The position numbers and the translations under genes are program-made. 64,000 nt of DNA from contig JAZDNF010000017.1 in NCBI GenBank assembly GCA_043800255.1, forward strand, positions 27 to 64,026, read 5' to 3'. Positions 1 to 9,932 of the stretch are shown here, piece after piece (position 1 is the stretch's first letter; each line of letters starts with the position of its first letter). This DNA is from Candidatus Altiarchaeota archaeon. Lineage in GTDB: Archaea > Altiarchaeota > Altiarchaeia > IMC4 > SCGC-AAA252-I15. Under the pieces are notes generated by a model. The model did not search any database. It was not told the DNA's origin and saw only the letters and a list, made by a program, of their open reading frames with translations.

Positions 1-101
1 ATCCTGACCGCCTCGCTCTTGGTTTTCGCCATCCGGGAACTAAGCATATGGTCTATTATCCTCTCATACACCCCATCAAAACTCAACGTAAGAGTTGTCA
101 T
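1..101 (-). CDS. Ribbon-helix-helix (CopG-like) protein, probable antitoxin; 5' part only, runs off the window
   Basis: Manual translation from ATG at 101: MTTLTLSFDGVYERIIDHMLSSRMAKTKSEAVR; beta-strand, helix and KSEAVR pattern typical of RHH proteins. Confidence 0.6.
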   Translation of the reverse strand, partial: MTTLTLSFDGVYERIIDHMLSSRMAKTKSEAVR

Positions 102-142
102 AGTAATATGATAGCGGATATACTATAAAAATAGAACAGCAA

Positions 143-1639
143 CTAAACGACCAGCGGAAACGAGACAAGATTCCAACCTGTCCCCAGAGGAGTTGAAACG
201 GTTATTTGTGTTGGCCCGCCGGGTGTGGGAACATCGGTTACGCTCATTGTGTTGTTTTCTAATAGGATTATTGACCATCCTTCTTTGAATGTGCGTGCGG
301 ATTGGATGATAATTCCTTGTCCCGTTGGTTCTGTTGCGTTAATGCAGTCTGGATCGTCTGCATCATAGGATATGCTATACTGGTTTACTCCTGTGTTGTC
401 TGTTAGGGTTAATGTGTCAATGTCATCGTTGATGGTGAAATTCAAATGACCGTTCCTGTAAACTGCGAGATAACTGTCATTTATGAGGAGTGTTGAGTTT
501 GATAGTAGTCTGTTTGTGTTTATTGCTATCACGTTTCCGTCAGAGTCTGAGATGTTCCAGCCACTAACGTTAATCGTTGTCCCGTTTTCTTTGTTTCTTA
601 TTTCCAGCCATTCCCCATCGTTTGAGTTATTATTGTCGTCTGATATTGTGACATTATCTGCACCTATTGCATTAGGCAGTATCTCGCTTATGAGTACGTC
701 ATAGGCTGTAATTGTGCTGAAGTCCGTTTCTCCGATGCCGATGTTGATACTTCCCATCTTCTGCAGGGATTTTCCGCCTGTTATGTTTATCTCTAATCGT
801 AGAGTGTCTCCGTTTATGTATCCTGTGGGATAGTTGGCAGCCTCGAATTGGAAGTATCCTGTGCTGTTATCGTAGTCTGCTCCCATGTCTGTCAGGTTTA
901 GGGCTTCTCCTGAGCCCAGGTTTGTTAGGGTTATGTTCAGCCCTCTGGGGTGTGTATTATTCGTGTAGTTTACGTATCCGTAGACTGTGTAGGGGTTGGT
1001 TATTCCGCCGGGACTTACTGTGAAACTCTGATTTAATGTGCTGTAAGTCACTCCTCCGCCGGCATAGACTGTAGTTTGTATATAGTAAACTCCTGGGGCA
1101 TATCCTGGGGGGATAGTCCAGTTTATTGAGTAGTTCGTCTGTGCTGCAACCGCTCCTAAGGCTGTGCCATAACCTATACCCCACAGGTAACCGTAACCCT
1201 GCCCTCCGAAGCCTCCTGTCCCATTTGTTGTCCAATAGTCTGTATTATTGGTTCTCTCATTGTATGCGTAACCGTATCCGAATCCATATTGGTATGCGTG
1301 TCCGAGACCGTAATCCCAGCTGCCGGATGGGGTTAGAGTGACGGTTATATTCTGGCTTGCTGTGCAGTTTACTGTCTGTGTTCCTGAGCCGTTGTAGGGT
1401 AGGACGCATTCGATTGTGCCTGCTCCAGAGGGTCGGACTATCGTCAGATTCACTGATGTTATTGGAATAATCTCCATTTCCCTGATGTCAACAGTTAGTT
1501 GGAAGTTTGAGGTCCTGCCAAGATTGTGAGACCCCGCAGGAGTTAATGAGACTAACACTGCTGTGCTCGGCCCTGAGAAGTAGAGCAGAAAAACTATGAC
1601 CAATGTGAGCAGTATCGGATATAGTCGTCTATAGTTCAT
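143..1639 (-). CDS. Secreted surface protein with GYG-rich segment and lamin-tail domain (LTD)
   Basis: N-terminal signal/TM; YGFGYGYAY...GYGYLWGIGYG segment; LTD motif LISEILPN...GEWLEIRN...INVSGWNISD; many NxS/T sequons; ends GWNLVSFPLVV. Confidence 0.75.
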   Translation of the reverse strand: MNYRRLYPILLTLVIVFLLYFSGPSTAVLVSLTPAGSHNLGRTSNFQLTVDIREMEIIPITSVNLTIVRPSGAGTIECVLPYNGSGTQTVNCTASQNITVTLTPSGSWDYGLGHAYQYGFGYGYAYNERTNNTDYWTTNGTGGFGGQGYGYLWGIGYGTALGAVAAQTNYSINWTIPPGYAPGVYYIQTTVYAGGGVTYSTLNQSFTVSPGGITNPYTVYGYVNYTNNTHPRGLNITLTNLGSGEALNLTDMGADYDNSTGYFQFEAANYPTGYINGDTLRLEINITGGKSLQKMGSINIGIGETDFSTITAYDVLISEILPNAIGADNVTISDDNNNSNDGEWLEIRNKENGTTINVSGWNISDSDGNVIAINTNRLLSNSTLLINDSYLAVYRNGHLNFTINDDIDTLTLTDNTGVNQYSISYDADDPDCINATEPTGQGIIIQSARTFKEGWSIILLENNTMSVTDVPTPGGPTQITVSTPLGTGWNLVSFPLVV

Positions 1640-1640
1640 C

Positions 1641-4600
1641 TTACTCTAGTGGAAATGAGATTAGATTCCAGCCGAATATGAGAGATATGCCTTCATTGAT
1701 TGATGTTATTTGTGGGCTCTGCGCTGGCTGAGTAGTATAGCTAATGTTAAAGTTTGAATTAACTTGCCCGTCTCTGAATGTACTAGTGCAAGGAGTGACA
1801 CCACCACAGGAGTCAGCTAAAAACCCGTTTATATACCATCTAATCTGTTCTCCATTGATCATTCCTTGCCCAAGGTCACAACTCCAAAAGAAGTTAATAT
1901 CAATCGTATAAATGCCTGTTGTATTCGAACTTGTCACATTTTGTTGGTAATTAGAGGTTACTGCATCGGCCGTTATTGTTGCACCACCGATTGGTGACCC
2001 GTCTATGATTGCATACCCTAAATAAGCTTGTGGGAAGGATGGGAAGGAGTATGATACTGCTGCCGTAATTGTTCTGGTTTCTGAGCTGTTTTCTCCGCCG
2101 TCGGTGTCGGAGCATCTTATACTCCATGTATGGCTTCCGCAGTCTTGGAATACTAGGGTTATGTTCGTCCACGTGTTATTCGCTACTGTCCGAGTCTGAT
2201 TTATTGTATTGTTGATATAGAGTGAGCAGTTCAGTTGCATTGAGACATCATCGTATGCTATAAAGTTGAATGTGAATATTCCGCTGCTGTTGTAGTTGTC
2301 TGCCGGTGAGTTTAACGTTACCGTTGGGAGTATGTTGATTGTCGTGGTCGTTGTATATGGTCCCCCAACAGTCCAGTTTGACGTGTTCATCAAATATACA
2401 AAGTATCCCTTTCCTGCTGCGATTGTGAAGTTGTTTTCAGCGCTCCCGTCCACGTGGACTTGGAAGGTTGTGTCATTGTTGCTGCTTGTTGAAGTCGCTG
2501 TTATGGATGTAAATGCCGGAGGTATGAACATTGGGCTGCTTTGCTGTCCTGTGTAGACGTACTGCCCCACTGCTGCCGCATTGGTTATGTTCTCTATCAG
2601 TTGTTGGGCGGTTGTGTTTGAGAATGATGTCCACCCTATGAGATTCCAGCCGGCGTATACATCTGATGTTATGCTTGCCAGGCTTCCTGCTAGTACAGGT
2701 ATTGTTGCGTTATTCTCGCAGTATACGTAGTAGCTTTTCCCGGGATTTATTGTGAAATTGAATAGTGGGGTGTTTTGGTTGTGGGTTAGGAAGCCTGTGG
2801 TTGTTCCGTTGTTTATGTATTCTGCTATTCTGGTGCATCCGCTTATCTGGTCGAGTGCGTCTTCTGCTCTATTATGGGTTGGCGTGATAATATTCCAGCC
2901 GCTGTTTAAACTTAGCGTCCCTATTTTTCCTATCACATATGTGTTATTGTCAGTGTTTTGTGCTCTGTCGTTTGATCTGACGAGATAATATCTTGTCGGT
3001 GAGCTAGAGGCTGTTGAGTCTGTCCAGCCATTTGTAGAATTAGTGAGGTTAGCGTTTACTGTCCTGAAATTGAAGGCTGTTGAGTTAGAATAATGTATGT
3101 GGTATGAGATTACATCGTCTGATTCTGAATTTGTCCAGTTTAGTGTTATCGTACCGTCAGAATTGAACCATGCGTCAAATTCAGTCGGCCTTTCTGGAGC
3201 TACAGTATCGACTTTTATTATCCTCTGCTGGTTTCCAGTGTTTGTGGCATCATCTGTGCATGTGATGTTCCAATATATTGGTCCCTCTGGCAGGTTGCTT
3301 AACAAGTATCCTATGTTACTGTTGTTTGCTAAAGCCTGTGTTGTCTGATTCTGCGTTCCATTTAAGGCCATACTACAGTTTATTATTGGGCCTATTGTAT
3401 CGCTTACAGTGTAATTGAATAGGATAGTGTTATTGTTGTACCATATGTCATTCGGCGGCCAATTTAGTGTTATATTGGGGGGATTGGCATCCAGTTTTAT
3501 CAGCCAAGTTGTGGACTGATTGGACCATCCGGCGTCGTCCGTGCAGTTCACATACCAGGTGTGGTTTCCGTCTGCCACGCTAGTTTTGCTTAGACTGTCA
3601 GTTCCATTGTTTACGGCGCGGGTCTGGTAGAGCGCGCCATCAAAGTATAGGTTGCAGTTTACTGTTGAGTCGACAGTGTCCTGTGCAGTATAGTTAAAAA
3701 CTACGGTGCTGCTGGTATAGTAATCTCCATTTGCTGGGTAGCCTAGTGATAGTGTTGGGGGTCGGGTGTCGATTTTGATTATCCTATTGTTATCGTCAGT
3801 GTCCCAGTTGGCTGTGCCATCAGTGCAGTTGACATTCCAAGTGTGTGTTCCCTCTGACAGATTTTGTGCAAATACTGTCTGAGTATTGTTTGCGACCCCT
3901 GTTTTCGTCTGAACTACGATTCCATCAACTAAAAGGTAGCAGGCGAATGTTGACTGTTGGGCTGATGTTGATGTGAAATTAAACTGCACCGACCCGTCAG
4001 TATCCCAGGTGTTATTGTTCGGAGTGTTAGTGGCTACCTGCAGGTCTAAGAAATTGGGTATATTATCCTCATCATTATCAGAATAACATGTCCCATAATA
4101 GCAGACATTGTATGAGGTGCATGTTCCAGGGGATGTTGAGTCATCAGTGCCGTCGATTATGTTAAGCGAGCATCTCCTGTCAGTACCACATGTTCTGCAG
4201 GCTGTAGTGCATTGTGTTGTGATTCCATATTCTGCGCAGTTTTCAGCATGGTTTGTGCAAGCCATTAGACTGTCAACATAGCATTCTGTTGATCTACTAG
4301 ATGTGCATTTCAACGCCCCATTACAGCATATTTGGGTGCCGTATTTGGTTACCTCCTCTTTTGTTATGTCCGTGTCCCAACAGTCATAGTTGTCTGTGCT
4401 CCCATCATAATCACAATCTGCATTTGTATCACATGATGATGTTTCCTCGTTTCCACTGCAGGTATCATATGATCCTCCCCCAGCGTAATCACATATACTG
4501 TCATCATCGTCATCCTTGTCCACAGTGTTTGGAACATAATCATCGTCTGTGTCCGTCAGACAGCTTCCCCCATAACATACCTGCTGTGTGAAACAATACC

Positions 4601-6581
4601 CTGGGGAGGTCAGATCTTCTGAGAAATCGCTCACAGAACCAGAACAAGTCCCGTCTGACCCGCACGTCTGACAGGCACCATTACAGTGCGCAGAAGATAC
4701 TTTCTCATAACAGTTTTTCGCATGATAACTGCAAGTTGGAAGCTGATCATAACACTCACTATCCCTACCAGAACCACACTGCCAACTACCATCACAACAA
4801 ACCTGCGTCCCAGAAAGAGAACCCTCATAAACATTCGCATTCGTATCAGCACAATCATAAACATCCAAAGAACTATCATTGTCATCGTCAGTGTCCGTAT
4901 TGTCACAAGTTCCATCACTATCAGTATCAGGCGAATCTATTACATTGAACCAGATAGGATTTGTATATGTTCTATTATTATTTGTCGTATCAAGACATGT
5001 CAATCTGTAATATCCATCTCCAGTCGGTGTGTCCGTCCAAGTATAAGAACCAGAGCCAGAAACCCAACCATAATCCTTTTCCGTACTCTCTGATGAGCCG
5101 CCGATATAACCCTTAACTATATGTAGGTCGCAGGAATTGACAACACTATAATAGGTATCTATTGTTATCTCCGAACCTGAACAAACATCTATCTCTCCTC
5201 CAGGATACTCATCTGCAGTATGGCTTGGACTTGAAATATAGAAAAGAGCATACCCTCCATCATTTGAAATAAAACAACGACCATTCTCTAAAGATGATTT
5301 TAATTCATCCTCAGTAAAAGAGCTTAGATAACATCCAAGATAAACAAATTTATCTTCACCAAATAATTTTTCATGAAAAAGAGCTGCATTCTCACTATCG
5401 CTACCGGAGAATCCATAAATTTTTTCCCCATCTAATAATTCATCAATCCAATAATCTATTGTATCTTGATCTTTACTATCAAATTCACCATTCCAGATTT
5501 CGAGGCCTGTATAATCTGAAACGCATGATAAACTTGCCCAGTCCCACTCAGAATTAAAAGGATGATTGATTATAGCAAGTCCCTCATTGTTGTTAGCATC
5601 GTCAATACCATCTTGAGAATCGGGTTCATCAGGACATCTACCCGTACTACCAGTAAAACAATCATGTTTGGTATATCCTACAAATGAACTTATTCCATGA
5701 GCATTCATATGACCTGCATCAGCAGAACCACAAACCGTACAATCTGTAGGTCCTTTACAACACCAATTCTCATTATCAGTTTCAGAAGGGCAACTTTCAT
5801 CGACTGATAATTCTTCACTATGAAGTATCAAAAAAGACGAACTATCTGCATTGTGACAATCATTTTTAAAATTATTCCAAATTGTACTAGTCATGCAATA
5901 GCTATGGTCTGTTATTGAAATCCAATTTAAACCTGAAGTTATGGCTTCATCTCGCCTATCTGCTACAGTGCCAACCCCATTATATATTGAGGCATCACAA
6001 TTCGTATAATTCGTGTGGATATGTAGATCACCATATTTCCAACCACCTGAAGCAGAAATCTGTTTAGAGTGAGTATATTCTTTTTCCGAAATTGTCTGCT
6101 CAAATTTAGGATATATACTAAAACTAGAATTAAGTAAAACTTTTTCCCCCTGATTGTCTTTTATGTAATTTATGAGTACAGATATGTTAATTGTCTTTCC
6201 TATATTGAGTTGAGGTTTATCTATCTCAGATAAGTTTATGTAATATGTCCGTGAGAACACATTTTTGAATTCTGCATAAGAACTACAGGTATTGTTATTA
6301 GATTCTTGTAATTGAGGACTATTAGAAATGTTTACTATTGTATCTAAATCCTCCTTAATCATATTAATGTCATCAAAGGAGATACTAATGTTCTCAATAA
6401 AGAGTTCAGATGTTCCATTGTTTATTATTGTTAGATAAATTGGGAGCCGTCCTAGATTTCTCGCTTGATGTAGATTACTTACGCTAAAAATAATATTATC
6501 ATATTCAATCTCCTGAGCAGAAACAGTTAAGATTAGTATGCTTAAACATAACAACGAAAAAAAGAATATCTTCGTTGTCAT
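1641..6581 (-). CDS. Large secreted multidomain protein: PHP-family (CehA/McbA-like) metallohydrolase, Cys-rich/TSP3-like Ca-binding repeats, Ig-like/FN3 domains
   Basis: Start reassigned to MTTKIFFFSLL (signal peptide; ATGA overlap with upstream stop); GDLHIHT, ITDHS, INHPF, GLEIWNG motifs; DTDSDGTCDNTDTDDDND repeats; repeated GxHTWxVNCTD Ig-like units; ends GWNLISFPLE. Confidence 0.75.
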   Translation of the reverse strand: MTTKIFFFSLLCLSILILTVSAQEIEYDNIIFSVSNLHQARNLGRLPIYLTIINNGTSELFIENISISFDDINMIKEDLDTIVNISNSPQLQESNNNTCSSYAEFKNVFSRTYYINLSEIDKPQLNIGKTINISVLINYIKDNQGEKVLLNSSFSIYPKFEQTISEKEYTHSKQISASGGWKYGDLHIHTNYTNCDASIYNGVGTVADRRDEAITSGLNWISITDHSYCMTSTIWNNFKNDCHNADSSSFLILHSEELSVDESCPSETDNENWCCKGPTDCTVCGSADAGHMNAHGISSFVGYTKHDCFTGSTGRCPDEPDSQDGIDDANNNEGLAIINHPFNSEWDWASLSCVSDYTGLEIWNGEFDSKDQDTIDYWIDELLDGEKIYGFSGSDSENAALFHEKLFGEDKFVYLGCYLSSFTEDELKSSLENGRCFISNDGGYALFYISSPSHTADEYPGGEIDVCSGSEITIDTYYSVVNSCDLHIVKGYIGGSSESTEKDYGWVSGSGSYTWTDTPTGDGYYRLTCLDTTNNNRTYTNPIWFNVIDSPDTDSDGTCDNTDTDDDNDSSLDVYDCADTNANVYEGSLSGTQVCCDGSWQCGSGRDSECYDQLPTCSYHAKNCYEKVSSAHCNGACQTCGSDGTCSGSVSDFSEDLTSPGYCFTQQVCYGGSCLTDTDDDYVPNTVDKDDDDDSICDYAGGGSYDTCSGNEETSSCDTNADCDYDGSTDNYDCWDTDITKEEVTKYGTQICCNGALKCTSSRSTECYVDSLMACTNHAENCAEYGITTQCTTACRTCGTDRRCSLNIIDGTDDSTSPGTCTSYNVCYYGTCYSDNDEDNIPNFLDLQVATNTPNNNTWDTDGSVQFNFTSTSAQQSTFACYLLVDGIVVQTKTGVANNTQTVFAQNLSEGTHTWNVNCTDGTANWDTDDNNRIIKIDTRPPTLSLGYPANGDYYTSSTVVFNYTAQDTVDSTVNCNLYFDGALYQTRAVNNGTDSLSKTSVADGNHTWYVNCTDDAGWSNQSTTWLIKLDANPPNITLNWPPNDIWYNNNTILFNYTVSDTIGPIINCSMALNGTQNQTTQALANNSNIGYLLSNLPEGPIYWNITCTDDATNTGNQQRIIKVDTVAPERPTEFDAWFNSDGTITLNWTNSESDDVISYHIHYSNSTAFNFRTVNANLTNSTNGWTDSTASSSPTRYYLVRSNDRAQNTDNNTYVIGKIGTLSLNSGWNIITPTHNRAEDALDQISGCTRIAEYINNGTTTGFLTHNQNTPLFNFTINPGKSYYVYCENNATIPVLAGSLASITSDVYAGWNLIGWTSFSNTTAQQLIENITNAAAVGQYVYTGQQSSPMFIPPAFTSITATSTSSNNDTTFQVHVDGSAENNFTIAAGKGYFVYLMNTSNWTVGGPYTTTTTINILPTVTLNSPADNYNSSGIFTFNFIAYDDVSMQLNCSLYINNTINQTRTVANNTWTNITLVFQDCGSHTWSIRCSDTDGGENSSETRTITAAVSYSFPSFPQAYLGYAIIDGSPIGGATITADAVTSNYQQNVTSSNTTGIYTIDINFFWSCDLGQGMINGEQIRWYINGFLADSCGGVTPCTSTFRDGQVNSNFNISYTTQPAQSPQITSINEGISLIFGWNLISFPLE

Positions 6582-6895
6582 TTTATTTTGGTCCAGATAT
6601 AACCCATACACAAAGTTATAATTGCATAGTATATTGGTGATAATAGGTTGATATATGCCTTCACAAATTCTATTCTTTGATACGCATCCCATCCATAAAC
6701 AGAGCGAAAATAATCTACAAAATAATACAAAATTGCACTGGGAAACCAAATGATTTTTGCCCAAGGAGGGGCATATCTGATATCATTGAAGGTAAGTAAT
6801 AAATTTCCTATTAGTAATGCGCTAATGCCCCAAAACATACCCAATAATAACCAAAACCAAAAATTAATTTTTCCTTTCTTTCCCCCCATCTTCAC
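6578..6895 (-). CDS. Small membrane protein, hypothetical
   Basis: 105 aa, 2-3 hydrophobic helices, 4-nt overlaps with both neighbours. Confidence 0.65.
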   Translation of the reverse strand: MKMGGKKGKINFWFWLLLGMFWGISALLIGNLLLTFNDIRYAPPWAKIIWFPSAILYYFVDYFRSVYGWDAYQRIEFVKAYINLLSPIYYAIITLCMGYIWTKIK

Positions 6896-9363
6896 ATCAC
6901 CCTCTCAATATCACTTCCCATTATGCTGTATGACTCCAAGAGCTTATAACTGTTTCCTTGTTTTTGGATTACGACGACGTAGCCTGCTGAGGGCACACTC
7001 GTATAGTCGCCTTCTTGGATGAGGTTCATACCGGCCAGGTACCAGCCTTGGAGTATTGCCTTAGTGGATTGCATCTGTGTGTTGGAAATCTGCGTGCTAA
7101 ACTCTCTGGACTCGTTTTGCACGAACTCGCTCGCATCATCGATGAACTCGAAGATCTCCTCTTCACTGCTGTCCTCTGTTGGAATGTCCGCAGACCCTGC
7201 AAAACAGATGGAGTTCTTAATCACCCCTAAGACGCCCTTTACAGCCCTAAGCTGGCCAGTATACCAGACAATACCTGTTTCCGTCCCCTCCCCCTCTAAG
7301 CCAGCAATCATTGTCCTATAGAACCTGATTTTACCATCCTGCCACCGCTCATCTATAGTATCCTTTTTCCAGATTATCTCCTCAGGCAAAGCAGCGATAA
7401 CAGCCACATTAGAGTCAGTGTACTCTTTATCCCCAACTAGCACAGTCCCATAGGATTTACGCTCAAAATGAGGCAAACCCAGCGTCCTCAAATCATCATT
7501 AATCTTCACAGAGAGACTGTTAACAGACGGCCCCCCAACAGAGATAGTGAACGCTCCGAGAGTGCTCAACTCCGCATCAGACTGGTGCTGCGTGTAATTG
7601 TGAGTGTCAATATTCAGCAAATACTTTGTGAGATCATTCCTTAATTCAGCAGGAACATTTTTTATCAACTTACAGTAGGATGCCGCCAACTCAGGCTGCC
7701 CGAACAGATTCGCCAACAAAGGAGTTAAAGTATCACCGATGTTCTCAGCAATGTCCAACTCCATCTTCTCCATCTCAAAACTAACTCTCGGATCGATCTC
7801 CTGAGCATCGCTCCCAGTAATATGAAGAGAAGAATAGTAGCCTCTGTTGACAAAATTTTCTATTCTAGAAGTCAGCTGATCTTCCAGACGATTAAGGTCT
7901 TCAACAGTTTTAGTAATGCCGTTAACCGTCTCCTCCACACTCACATCAGCCCACAATCCATTCTCATCTATCCTGTAGACTAGAACATAGTAGTAATCCG
8001 TATACGACCCATAGAATAGTTTAATAGGCACCCTCAAACCAACTGGCAAATCATACCTTAACTCTCCAGCAGGATTTCTCTTATACTTGAAGTAAGCGAA
8101 GGTTCCTAGACTAGTATCCCGTGTAAAAGGCTTCAAATAGCCTACCACAGAGCCGTTAACTGCTATCTGATCCTCAGTACCATATTCGAGGAACCTCGCA
8201 CTCGATGGAATGTAGATTGTCGTCGTTGTAGGAATAGACGTTGAGACTGAAGGAATAGTGGAGGAGGGGATAGGTAATATGCCCGACGTGTTAACTGTCA
8301 TATACGCGCCCGTATCCCTGATAGAATATACGGTAACCCTGAGGTAGACGTTCTCCAAGCCGAAGGGGAGAGGATACGTCTTACCCTCAGACAAGGGTAT
8401 TAGTGGATAGGTAGTGCCCTCTGGAAAACCATAACGTCTGTATTTCAGATAAGTGCTAATTCCAAGCGCAGTAGTCTTCTGATAAGGTTCAACATAACCC
8501 GACTCCAAACCAGAGATATAGATTTTACCCTGAACACCATATTGGTAAAATTTCGCATCAGACGGCAAGGTAGATGTCGTAGGGACTGAAGTTGTTACCG
8601 TTGTTGTAGGGATTATCTGACTGGTATCAACATGCATGTACACTCCATCCTCTCTGACAAAATAAACCTCGACTTTCAGGTAAATGTTCGCCAAACCAAA
8701 AGGCAAAAGCAGTGTAACTCCCTCCTTCAAGGGGATAGGATAAGTGTTACCCTCAGGATAGCCTTCCCTTTTATATTTCAGATAAGCGTATGTGCCCAAT
8801 GCCCCGCTCTTCTGATACGGTTGAATGTAACCCACATTCTGACCGGAAACATGAATATAACCTACAGCATCATACTCGTAGAATTTCGCATCAGACGGCA
8901 ACGTAGTAGTAACCTTAACAGTGGACGTAGACCTCACGGTCGTGGTCTGAACGCTTGATGTCTGCCTGACACTAGTCGTGGGCGCAACAGTAGTTGTCAC
9001 ACGGACCGTAGTTGAAACGATCGTCGTTGGAATAATCTGTGAAGTATCAACATCCATGTCAACCCCGTTTGCCTGAATACTGTTAACCTTGACTGTCAAG
9101 TAGACATTCGCAAGACCGAAGGGCAGAGGATACGTAATACCCTCAGAAATGGGAGCAGGATACATATTACCCTCAGGATAGCCATAACGCTTCCACTTCA
9201 GATATGCGTAAGTGCCGAGAATTCCTGATTGCTGATACGGTTTTATGTAGCCCAGTTCCTGACCAGACACCATTATCGGTGCCTGAACATCGTACTGATA
9301 GAATGTAGCTGAAGCTGCTGGTAAAAACGACACGCAAAGGAGAAATACAAAAATCTTTCTCAT
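6892..9363 (-). CDS. Secreted protein with four tandem ~95-aa repeats, Thr-rich linkers and an S-layer-like C-terminal domain
   Basis: Signal peptide MRKIFVFLLCVSFLPAASA; repeated FY(Q/E)Y...GY(I/V)xPY...LGTYAYLK...LPFGL units; ISVGGPSVN and IAGLEGEGT resemble archaeal S-layer C-terminal motifs. Confidence 0.7.
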   Translation of the reverse strand: MRKIFVFLLCVSFLPAASATFYQYDVQAPIMVSGQELGYIKPYQQSGILGTYAYLKWKRYGYPEGNMYPAPISEGITYPLPFGLANVYLTVKVNSIQANGVDMDVDTSQIIPTTIVSTTVRVTTTVAPTTSVRQTSSVQTTTVRSTSTVKVTTTLPSDAKFYEYDAVGYIHVSGQNVGYIQPYQKSGALGTYAYLKYKREGYPEGNTYPIPLKEGVTLLLPFGLANIYLKVEVYFVREDGVYMHVDTSQIIPTTTVTTSVPTTSTLPSDAKFYQYGVQGKIYISGLESGYVEPYQKTTALGISTYLKYRRYGFPEGTTYPLIPLSEGKTYPLPFGLENVYLRVTVYSIRDTGAYMTVNTSGILPIPSSTIPSVSTSIPTTTTIYIPSSARFLEYGTEDQIAVNGSVVGYLKPFTRDTSLGTFAYFKYKRNPAGELRYDLPVGLRVPIKLFYGSYTDYYYVLVYRIDENGLWADVSVEETVNGITKTVEDLNRLEDQLTSRIENFVNRGYYSSLHITGSDAQEIDPRVSFEMEKMELDIAENIGDTLTPLLANLFGQPELAASYCKLIKNVPAELRNDLTKYLLNIDTHNYTQHQSDAELSTLGAFTISVGGPSVNSLSVKINDDLRTLGLPHFERKSYGTVLVGDKEYTDSNVAVIAALPEEIIWKKDTIDERWQDGKIRFYRTMIAGLEGEGTETGIVWYTGQLRAVKGVLGVIKNSICFAGSADIPTEDSSEEEIFEFIDDASEFVQNESREFSTQISNTQMQSTKAILQGWYLAGMNLIQEGDYTSVPSAGYVVVIQKQGNSYKLLESYSIMGSDIERVM

Positions 9364-9576
9364 CAGCCCCACCGTTTAATTCATTGTTTTTGGGTTTAAA
9401 TATGGAATTCAGCGGTTGTGCATTTTTGCCGTTGAAGTTTGGGGTTTAGCAGCCGCTTCCAGATTGGGGTGAATCTGACCTTCTTGTTTTTTATCTGCTC
9501 CACACCCTCATAATCGTGTGTTATGTAGGGAAACATGTTTATAAATCTTTCCCTGTGTTGGGAACTTAATTTTTGA

Positions 9577-9719
9577 CGTCAAGAACTGTTGGCCACGGGC
9601 TGGCGGAAATCTTAGATGTCAAGAACCGCCGGTCAGAGACCGGCGGCATGGATTACACCGGATAGGTTCTTGACAGATGATTTCCACCCACCAGTCACAG
9701 ACTGGTGGAAATCTTAGAT
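9577..9719. repeat. Nested palindromic REP/PATE-like element, copy 1
   Basis: TGTCAAGAACC...GGTTCTTGACA inverted repeat (9617-9675) enclosing CCGCCGGTC-AGA-GACCGGCGG; second hairpin CCACCAGTC-ACA-GACTGGTGG; CTGG(C/T)GGAAATCTTAGAT repeated at 9600 and 9702; homologous to 62413-62522. Confidence 0.75.
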
Positions 9720-9758
9720 TTATAAGTGTGACCAGCATATAACTTAAAGAGGTTAGAA

Positions 9759-9932
9759 ATGGCTCGTCCGATTGACTGTTCTCCGGATTTGAACAATAAG
9801 GAAAGCATGCGTTTCGTGAAGGAATTGATCAGGGTAGAATCTCTTCCGAAAGACAGCAGGGAGTATCTTGAGCGCAGGAAATTTTTAGAGGAGTGCGAAC
9901 TCAAGGCTGAGAAGGTCAGATGGGTATTCTAG
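9759..9932 (+). CDS. 57-aa protein, putative antitoxin of the adjacent GNAT
   Basis: Manual translation MARPIDCSPDLNNKESMRFVKELIRVESLPKDSREYLERRKFLEECELKAEKVRWVF; GAGG RBS and TTTATAAG TATA-like box upstream; below the ORF-track cutoff. Confidence 0.55.
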   Translation: MARPIDCSPDLNNKESMRFVKELIRVESLPKDSREYLERRKFLEECELKAEKVRWVF

